Part shown: positions 61,723 through 64,000 of the stretch, one piece after another
Position numbering within the stretch: the stretch's first letter is position 1
How the letters are laid out: each line of letters begins with the position of its first letter
Source of the DNA: Cenococcum geophilum
Lineage: Eukaryota
Direction: 5' to 3'
Assembly: GCA_050273025.1 (NCBI GenBank)
Contig: CP158636.1
Span: forward strand, 12,400,001-12,464,000
Length of the DNA stretch: 64,000 bases
Program-made: the position numbers and the translations under genes
Notes under the pieces: generated by a model
Seen by the model: the letters and a program-made list of their open reading frames with translations, nothing else
What the model was told of the DNA's origin: nothing
The model's database searches: none

Positions 61723-62734
61723 ATAGGCCGCCGCCTTCCTAATAAAGTTGTTCATAGAATTAGGATTCGCATTAAAGCTGGTAAGGCGGTACCAGCTATC
61801 GCGGAGGCTGTAAAGGTGGGCAAGAAGACGATTTATAAGATACAATTAAACCTTAATATTTAGAGCGAACCGTACGCGCCTCCTACCGTGGTTCAAGGTC
61901 GACCAAGAGCTCTGCTACCTTACCAAGAAATAGTAATATATACAGCTGTGGTATTAAGCTTTTTACTAACTACTTATATAGCGCCTTCTTAACTTCCTTA
62001 AAGATTAGCCAATAGCGTATCTAGATAAGATACAGACTTTCCTATTTAACGAATTTAATATTCAGGTCTCTACTATAACTGTCTACCGTACTCTTGAGAG
62101 AGCTTCCTAGTTACGGAAGGTGGTTACAGCTCGGGCGGCTCAAAGGAGCGCTCCCCTCCGTAACGCCTGGATTAGTATATAGAAGAGCTAGGTAGCAGAG
62201 TAGCTTATATTTCTTAATAAATCGGCAGCAAATAAAAGAACTAGTGATAGGAAGTACGGCTGGTTACTAGAAGGGACTATATATAGTATAGCACGCGTAC
62301 TTAAGAGGTTAGAGAGGTGGAGCATTCTACCAGCGTTAGCAGTTAACGGATATCTTAGCTACCTCATCTTTTAAGGCTCTATTACCTCTGCGATATTTAA
62401 AGCCTTTATAGAGGATTAGGTACTGCCTCATTATACGCTATATCCGGGGCCATAATTAGTCCTTATTCTTAATAACGCCGTAATCTACAAATTAACACGG
62501 CTTCAAGAGCTTTGTAAGCAATACGGCGTCTTACTAAAATTCCTACCACCGTACTCGCCAGATTATAATCCTATTAAGGCTATATTTAATAACATTAAGG
62601 CTTAGATTAGAAGGAACCAGCGGCTAGTTAAGGACTTTAAGAGCTTTAAGAGCTTCTTATATTTTGCTGTTAGTTAAGTATATAGTACGCACGCAGGAGC
62701 TTACTTCCGAGAAGCAGGATATATTATAGATTAA
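61723..62734 (+). pseudogene. DD34E (DDE_3) transposase, 2 exons, RIP-mutated
   Basis: (M)GRRLP..VVHRIRIRI HTH region. Intron 61933-61981 (GTAATA...TACTAAC...TAG). FL(DE)SAAN.RT.DRKYGW, LIL(D)NAVI(H), FLPPYSPDYNPI(E) with 34 residues between D and E. Confidence 0.9.
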
Positions 62735-62749
62735 TAGATAGATACTATC

Positions 62750-64000
62750 TTAATTGCTTAAACTTTAAGATTAGAGGCCTAATTCTATATAGCGTTCTAA
62801 TCTTAAAGGTATAGTTCTCCCATTAATCTGACGTTATGCCTTTACCTAGCTTCTATAACTTTAGCGAGTTAATATTCTATTCTTCCTCTACTAACTTATC
62901 CTTAATTAGCTCCAAAATAGCCCTCTACCTCTTGCTATTAAACTCTAGCTAGTTAGCCAGCCACTTAAAAAACTGGTTAAGTAGCTTAACTAGATCTGTT
63001 TCCAACTAAACGGGGCTTAAGTTTTAGGGTGCTTTAACATTCGAATATAGTGGAGGATATTATTAAGGAAGGTAAGGATTTTAGCCTATAGATTTAAGCT
63101 CCTTTATAAGCATAACTAACACCAGCTTTTTAAGATGCGATATAGTAGAATCTTCCTTCTCTACTACTGGCTCCTTCCGGCTCTTCTGACTCCTCTCCCT
63201 ATAGTTAACTAAGTTAATAATAAGATGTTGCGACGGCTGCTTAATAGTAGAGTCACTAGAGAGAAGCTCATTATTCTACTACTGGAAGTTTTCTGTACTA
63301 ATAGGATAATGGTTAATTGCAGTATTGGGTAAGTCGGGCAACTTCTTATCCTACCAGCACGTCTTACCTTTATTATGGCAATGTATATTTATACAAGGCC
63401 ACTTATCTACAATCGCCGGCATTCTATTACCAGAAGCATCCTCAGCAGTAAGTACGTTAGGTAGATTGGTAAGTTAAGCTTATATAGCTATCCTTCTGCC
63501 CACGGGCCTAATAACTACTTACTAACTTAAAGTCATGGCAGGAGCCTAAGTCTCTAGCTCCTTCTCCTTAACCAAATATAAGGTGAAGTTTAAGGATAGA
63601 GACCTTAACGGCCAGCGCTTATGCCACTCCTTAATCATGGCGAGAGCTTAATTTAGATCCTCACTTAACCAAATATCTTAAGGGCAGCAGTTAGCTTACC
63701 GGGCCTTCTTATAGGAGGCAACAGCTTAGAGCTGAGTGATCTTAAACTTCCGTGGTAATAGATATTGTACAGTCTCGTCCTGCCATAGATCTAGCTTAAA
63801 GTAGTATATATTTTTGGTGTCAAATACAGCTAACTTTGTGCCAGAAAGAGACTCATTTTTACTACTCGTAACTGCCTTCCAAACACTTATAAAGCGTGCA
63901 GGCGGCGGCGGCAGCGGCGAGTCTACATCCTCATCTTCCACCTCCACAGGCTCCTTGGTATTCTCATCCTCGCCCTCATTAACCTCATCTGCAGATATAG
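62750..64000 (-). pseudogene. Unknown protein convergent with the transposase (acidic/Pro-rich segment, WPC...C..N.GKTCW motif)
   Basis: ORF 63726..63947 continues through RIP-type stops. Minus frame at ~63405-63350 reads KWPCIKYTLP.../NKGKTCW depending on frame (a small frame disruption). Start lies outside the window. Confidence 0.55.

Larger units (their letters stand above)
61622..64000 (+). mobile_element. Tc1/IS630-like (DD34E) DNA transposon with a second convergent gene; extends beyond the window
   Basis: Sequence switches at ATCGGGAACTCGC. A transposase begins ~100 bp inside. The right end is not in the window, so linkage of the second gene is inferred. Confidence 0.7.

Overview
AT-rich, gene-free fungal (probably Pezizomycotina) transposon graveyard. 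TpA is strongly enriched, and paralogous copies differ mostly by C>T/G>A transitions with stops at Q/W codons, which is the signature of repeat-induced point mutation (RIP). No intact host gene is visible. The window is a deeply nested stack. It holds a Crypton tyrosine-recombinase element (7.35-10.83 kb), a truncated Helitron, two full Copia elements and a short non-autonomous LTR element. It also holds three full Gypsy/chromovirus elements plus a fragment and a solo LTR, Tad1-type LINEs and derivatives, hAT and foldback MITEs, and a DD34E Tc1/IS630-type transposon with a convergent second gene. Most LTR and MITE boundaries are fixed by target-site duplications (TSDs). The standout is a family of ~1-kb non-coding retroposons (42730-43749, 47233-48242, and a diverged 5'-truncated copy at 60756-61623 on the minus strand). 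The first nucleotide of both complete copies is the cleavage-site G of a complete HDV-like self-cleaving ribozyme fold with an unusual compensatory P1.1. Other highlights are a spliced antisense Cys6/coiled-coil gene inside a Gypsy element, a Tf1-type self-priming site, and a phased GGCAGAA 10-mer shared by unrelated transposon classes. All calls come from reading the sequence by eye; no searches or folding programs were run.
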